From an uncultured Spirochaetota bacterium (GTDB lineage Bacteria; Spirochaetota; Brevinematia; Brevinematales; JAOACQ01), in contig CAVYGN010000001.1 in assembly GCA_963768055.1 (NCBI GenBank), positions 64,001 through 128,000 on the forward strand: a DNA stretch of 64,000 bases. The letters run 5' to 3'. The first letter of the stretch is position 1; each line of letters begins with the position of its first letter. Shown in pieces: positions 59,279 to 64,000 of this stretch. The position numbers and the translations under genes are program-made. The notes under the pieces are model-generated. The model did no database searches and was not told the DNA's origin. It saw only the letters and a list, made by a program, of their open reading frames with translations.

Positions 59279-59908
59279 TCAATTATGATAGCTGAAATCA
59301 AGCTCCGCTGTACCCAGGACTTTGCCGTTGATAGCCGCCAGGAGTTCATCGAGGCTGAACCCGTCTTTAAGACCGGTTGAGGCCGAAAGGGCGTAAACTT
59401 TAAGTCTGTATATGTGAATAATCGGTTTCTTCGCGTCTTTCGGAAAATCCGACGGGGGCTGGGGTCCTGTATAACCGATGGAACCGGATCCGTTCTTCCC
59501 CTGAATAAAATCATGCCCTGTAGCTGAAGCGTTATCTTTAAGACCTTTCATCGAAGGATCGATATCTGCCGCGGCCCAGTGAAGGAAAGAGTCTCCCTTC
59601 ATGCCGTAACTTGCCATGACCTTCTTCGCGTCAGGGTCATCCAGGATAAGGGCGAGATATTTTGTCCCTGAAGGCAGGTTCTTCCATGTGAATGGAAAAG
59701 ACCTCTTGTTTGAGGGACCCTTGTCCCTGGCTGCGTACAAGGCGCTGATGCTTCCCGACGATTTTAAGCCCGAATCAAAACCGGTCCGGGGCGAACCCTT
59801 CACTGCCGGCGACCATAATTTAAATTGGCCGGATGCGGCTGAAATAGCAATTGCCGAAAATAGAGCTATTACTGTAAGAAACAAGAGACCTGACGAGTTT
59901 TTTCCCAT
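59279..59908 (-). CDS. YbhB/YbcL (PEBP/Raf kinase inhibitor-like) protein
   Basis: DDPDA, FLHW, GYTGPQPP and HIY motifs. Confidence 0.9.
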   Translation of the reverse strand: MGKNSSGLLFLTVIALFSAIAISAASGQFKLWSPAVKGSPRTGFDSGLKSSGSISALYAARDKGPSNKRSFPFTWKNLPSGTKYLALILDDPDAKKVMASYGMKGDSFLHWAAADIDPSMKGLKDNASATGHDFIQGKNGSGSIGYTGPQPPSDFPKDAKKPIIHIYRLKVYALSASTGLKDGFSLDELLAAINGKVLGTAELDFSYHN

Positions 59909-60084
59909 ATAAACCTCCTGAATTTTTATTATAAGGGCAGTTCTAATATCTCAAGAATATTACCATTTAAATCAACAAGTTTCAGAATAACTCTATATGC
60001 ATGTCCTATGGGTGCCTCCTATCCGAAGGTTTTTAGAAGCGCCATTTAATAATAATCGAGGGAGGCCGGGAACGTCAAATACTG

Positions 60085-61359
60085 CTAGCGGGCAAGGCGG
60101 TAATAGTTATCGGGATTATATATGTAATAGCAATCGACAGGTTCAAGCCTTGGAAGGAGTTTAAAACGTTTGCCTTCGGGATCGGTCTGCTCATTTATAT
60201 CGTATGAATGAGGCCTGGCTGAAATTGCTGTAATGGAATCCGGGTTCCTTATATAGGATTCTTCATTAATTGTATCTACAACCTGGTCTACCCATTTGAG
60301 CTTTTTTGCGTTGTCGGCGAATTCCATCCAGTCACCTGTACTGCGGTGTTTATACATTTCCCTGATGAAATCATCAAGGCTTAAACCCATTTTTAATGCA
60401 ACCGGGGCGGCAAGCCTCTTCCACCATTCTTCAATATCTTTAACCGATTCCTTTTGTTCCGTCAAATTTCCCATACTGACGCTCAATATCTGGTGATGCA
60501 GTATAATAGCGTTCTGATAGGCGAAGGATTTTTTTGCCTGCGTAGTAATATTGGCTGCCATGCTTGCAGCGAAAGATTTAACAACGACATATACCGGCGC
60601 CGGGCTTCCGTTCATTGCCTTGAGGATTTTGTAACCGGCCATGACCGATCCGCCCGGAGAACTGTCGATCACTACAAAAATGGGATAAACGCTGTTCTGA
60701 TTATTGAAATAATTTATTCGTTCGACCACAAAGTCGGCGCTTTCCATAGTGATTACATCATTAAGGGCAATACGCCGGTCGCTTATAGTCAGTATGCCGT
60801 TTTTGAAGGGTTCCATGGTATATTGCATATCATGTTTAACCCTGTTGTTCAACTGGTCCTGTTTATCCCGAACCTCAATTTCGTTATTTAATAATGCGAC
60901 CTTATTATCGAGCTCCATTTTCTGGAGATCGAGTTCCGTCATCCTGAACTGATATTCGGTTTTCTTCCTGCTGAGTTCGCTCATCTTTGCCGCGTTCTCC
61001 GCTTCTACCAGGTCATTTGTAGCCCTTAGTTTTTCAACATGGAATCTTAAATCCGCAAGCTCATCATCCTCTTTCTCCTTCCTTTCGGCTTCTTTCAAGG
61101 CGGCGCGTTTTGTATATAGTTCGAGTTTCCTGGAAATTTCTTCGAGCTCCGACTGTAACGATGCAAGGCTTTTCTGGAGCATTTGCTCGGCTATACTGTT
61201 TTCAAGAACCAGCTTGTCATGCTCTTTACGGAGTTCTGATAACGGGTCGGAGGTTACGGCATTGGTATCCTGTGCAGCTGCTCCGAAAGCGCCCGACATA
61301 GCAAGTGTAAAAAACAATATTAAAGCTGGTATGATAATTATGCCGGTAGGTTTTCTCAT
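60085..61359 (-). CDS. exported coiled-coil protein with ClpP-like protease domain
   Basis: signal peptide; coiled coil; IDSSPGGSVMAG, AASMAA and LHHQ motifs. Confidence 0.75.
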   Translation of the reverse strand: MRKPTGIIIIPALILFFTLAMSGAFGAAAQDTNAVTSDPLSELRKEHDKLVLENSIAEQMLQKSLASLQSELEEISRKLELYTKRAALKEAERKEKEDDELADLRFHVEKLRATNDLVEAENAAKMSELSRKKTEYQFRMTELDLQKMELDNKVALLNNEIEVRDKQDQLNNRVKHDMQYTMEPFKNGILTISDRRIALNDVITMESADFVVERINYFNNQNSVYPIFVVIDSSPGGSVMAGYKILKAMNGSPAPVYVVVKSFAASMAANITTQAKKSFAYQNAIILHHQILSVSMGNLTEQKESVKDIEEWWKRLAAPVALKMGLSLDDFIREMYKHRSTGDWMEFADNAKKLKWVDQVVDTINEESYIRNPDSITAISARPHSYDINEQTDPEGKRFKLLPRLEPVDCYYIYNPDNYYRLAR

Positions 61360-61697
61360 AAGATACTCCTCAAAGGGTTCTAGGGTGTTTTACACAGAGA
61401 AACATAGACACGGAGAGTTTAAAAGAAAGACAAATTAATCAAATATTCTAACCATCCATGTATTTAGATTCATGAAATGGGCTAAACAACAAACCAAAAC
61501 TTAATAAGGAAAAGTTGAAAATGATTTAAAAGTTTGTAAAGGTCTTATTAAGATTGGTATTTTAAAAAAAACTCCGTGACTCTGCGCCTCCGTGTAAATT
61601 CACACTCCTAAGATATAATTATAATATGATTTTACAGATATCTCCAAAATTATTTGTGTAATCTGTTCATTCTGAGGCTCTGATCCGTTCAGGGCTG

Positions 61698-63884
61698 TCA
61701 TTGCACAAGGTTTAGACCTTCTTTTTTTGCAAGAACAAATTTTTCGACTAAATTATGAAGTATATTGGCATAGTTCTGATTATCTTCAATTATCGATTTT
61801 ATCTGGTCAAGGGACCCGATAAGCTGGGTCAAATTATCAATGTGGGTTTTGACATTGTCCTTGCTCTTTAAAGAGAAATCACGGAGATCTCTAAGGGCGG
61901 CGCTGAATTCTTCCGTGGCGTTCTTCTGTTCTTCCATAGAAATTTGAACCTCCTCCGTGATCCTGACAAGTTCCTGCGTCGCTTTTAGTATTTCCTGAGA
62001 GCCGTTGTTCTGCTCCGCTATGGCAAGCATCAGCTCTTCGATGACCCTGGAATTCTGCCGTGAATAATCCATGATCATGTCGAGGCCTCCTCCCGCTTTT
62101 TCAGCAAGATCGACCGAATCTTCGATTTTATGGATAATATTCCTTACAACGTTGCCGATTTCCTTGGTGTTCCTGTTTGTGTCGTCTGAAAGTTTTCTGA
62201 TCTCACCGGCTACTATCGAGAATCCCTTTCCATGCTCTCCCGCGTGTGTCGCCTCTATTGCGGCGTTCATAGCGAGAAGATTTGTCTGGCTGGCGATATT
62301 CGTGATTAAATCGACCAATTTCAGGATTTGCTGCGAAAATTGGGATACTTCCTTTATCGAAGACAATGTCGACTTTACCAGCATCCCGCCGTCATTGGCA
62401 ACTTTATTAAGGCTGCTGGAAATTTCATTACTTTGTTTCGACATCTTCATTGTGTTCTCTATATTTCTCGCCATCTCTTCAATAGAACCCGACTGTTCTT
62501 CTACCGATGAGGATTGCCGCGTCATATTTTTTGCGATCCCGCTGATATTCCTCGAGATCTCCTCAAGGGTGCTTGAGAGTTCTTCAACTTCTGTTGTCGA
62601 GTTCTCGGTTTGGCCTCCGATCTGCTGGATATTGGCTTTTATTTCATCGATATTGGCGCCGCTGTTAACCAGGGCAAGGAAAGCCCTATCGGAAACGTCC
62701 TTGATCCTGACAGATACTTTTTCAACATTCGATATTTCTTCATTCAGATTTCCCATGAATTTATTGAATTCATTGGACAGCATGCCCACTTCGTCGCCTG
62801 TAGAAAGTTCAATTCGTTTTGTGAGGTCGCCTGAAGCTCCCTTGGTGAAAATATCCATAAAAGTGCCTATTTCCCCTCCGATCGATTTCAGGATATAATA
62901 TGTAACAAAGGCAATTAATATGACAACCGCCGACAGTATGACCGCCATCCTGATTATCAGAGAAATAAGCCTGTTGTATAAATGGGTTATATCCGTATAG
63001 GCGAATATTCCCCCGACTTTTCTATTGCCGGCGTCATATAAGGGGAAAACTGCAAGATTGTAATGTTTCGATCCGGCTGTCAGGTTATTCAAAAAAACAC
63101 CTGCATCGGGCAGCTTTTCAAAGTCGACGTTAAGATCGAGAGTGATGTTGGTCGCTGTGTTATCGACGATAAGAAGGTCTTTCAAATCGTCCCAGTTGTC
63201 GCGTAAACCCTGGGTCTGCCTGACCGAGTGCCATCCGCTCCGGCTGAGATATTTTTTTAAAATGACAAGCCCGAACTCATTGTCCGTCCCTTGTTTAAGC
63301 GTCTGAAAAAAGGAGTCTATTTCCTCCCCCAGTTCCATATATCCTATAAGTTTCCCTTTATCATAATAGGGGTGGACGACACGGAGCGCGAATGCAGTTT
63401 GCCCGAGTTCAAGACCTGTACCGTACGATTTTGTTTTAACTGAATCAAGGTAGGTATGCCTGTTTATTGTATCGCCGTAATTGGTCGGGTCATGCACCCT
63501 CAAAAAGCATTTAGAATCAGGCTCGGGGAGAATAAAGTACCAGTGCGTGATGCTGTAATTTGTTTTAAGATTTTGAAAAATCGGAGAAGCGATCCTGTAC
63601 AGTTTTTCCCTGTCCCTTTCCAGGAAGGCTTTTTTTATCGGCCCATTTTCCAGAAGGACGTCAAGTGTTGAAGAAAGCTTTACGGTATCGCTTTCTTTCG
63701 TGTATTTGAAATTTTCAATATCGGTTTTTACAGCATAAGAAAGGAAGAAGTTAATGTCGCTGTTGAATATTACCAGGCCGAAGATGAAGCATGAAAGGAC
63801 AGCCATTACAAAAAGGGCTGAAACGAGAATAAGGATCTTGGTTTTTATGGACAGGGAAGGCTTGATTGATTTTTTATCAGCCAT
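61698..63884 (-). CDS. methyl-accepting chemotaxis protein (Cache-like sensor, HAMP)
   Basis: two TM; GDLTKRI...DEVG HAMP; IASQTNLLAMNAAIEA...GKGFSIVAGEIRKL. Confidence 0.95.
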   Translation of the reverse strand: MADKKSIKPSLSIKTKILILVSALFVMAVLSCFIFGLVIFNSDINFFLSYAVKTDIENFKYTKESDTVKLSSTLDVLLENGPIKKAFLERDREKLYRIASPIFQNLKTNYSITHWYFILPEPDSKCFLRVHDPTNYGDTINRHTYLDSVKTKSYGTGLELGQTAFALRVVHPYYDKGKLIGYMELGEEIDSFFQTLKQGTDNEFGLVILKKYLSRSGWHSVRQTQGLRDNWDDLKDLLIVDNTATNITLDLNVDFEKLPDAGVFLNNLTAGSKHYNLAVFPLYDAGNRKVGGIFAYTDITHLYNRLISLIIRMAVILSAVVILIAFVTYYILKSIGGEIGTFMDIFTKGASGDLTKRIELSTGDEVGMLSNEFNKFMGNLNEEISNVEKVSVRIKDVSDRAFLALVNSGANIDEIKANIQQIGGQTENSTTEVEELSSTLEEISRNISGIAKNMTRQSSSVEEQSGSIEEMARNIENTMKMSKQSNEISSSLNKVANDGGMLVKSTLSSIKEVSQFSQQILKLVDLITNIASQTNLLAMNAAIEATHAGEHGKGFSIVAGEIRKLSDDTNRNTKEIGNVVRNIIHKIEDSVDLAEKAGGGLDMIMDYSRQNSRVIEELMLAIAEQNNGSQEILKATQELVRITEEVQISMEEQKNATEEFSAALRDLRDFSLKSKDNVKTHIDNLTQLIGSLDQIKSIIEDNQNYANILHNLVEKFVLAKKEGLNLVQ

Positions 63885-64000
63885 TGGAATCCTCCGAATA
63901 ATAATCCGCAATTTAGAGTGATTTTTTCATTGCTACAATATAATAAGGATCAAAAAATAGTCAAGTAATGGGAATCAAAAGGAATCCTAATACGTGATGA

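Overview
Bacterial chromosomal window of moderate-to-low GC. The gene content (TonB-dependent receptor, Ser-rich lipoproteins, BspA-type LRR protein, MCP, RRM protein) suggests an anaerobic diderm, possibly a spirochaete; this is inference only. No rRNA, tRNA or cas genes were seen. Main points: (1) A 387-bp Tn3-family miniature element (52595-52981; perfect 41-bp GGGG-terminal inverted repeats, 5-bp TAATG target duplication) carries the 3' end of a tyrosine recombinase fused to a type I-C-like CRISPR mini-array. It splits a membrane-anchored 7TM-LuxR regulator, and candidate TCAG-N9-CTGA boxes lie upstream of the two flanking OmpA/MotB paralogs. (2) A mercury-methylation operon marR-hgcA-hgcB, with an hgcC-like gene 12 kb away. 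(3) An adjacent SigZ-type ECF cassette with three near-identical promoters ahead of sigZ, a GH5 gene, and an unannotated 44-aa seven-Cys peptide plus a GH1 gene. (4) An Nramp-like/MgtE-CBS Mg2+ locus with a Pro-ending leader peptide and an unannotated small membrane ORF. (5) A sigma54-driven APC permease-PII fusion. (6) An AT-rich Mre11/Rad50-like (YhaO/YhaN-like) gene pair followed by an attC-like hairpin. (7) An intact IS21-family element. The rest is ordinary transport, metabolic and regulatory genes. All family calls come from motif recognition by eye; no database search was run.
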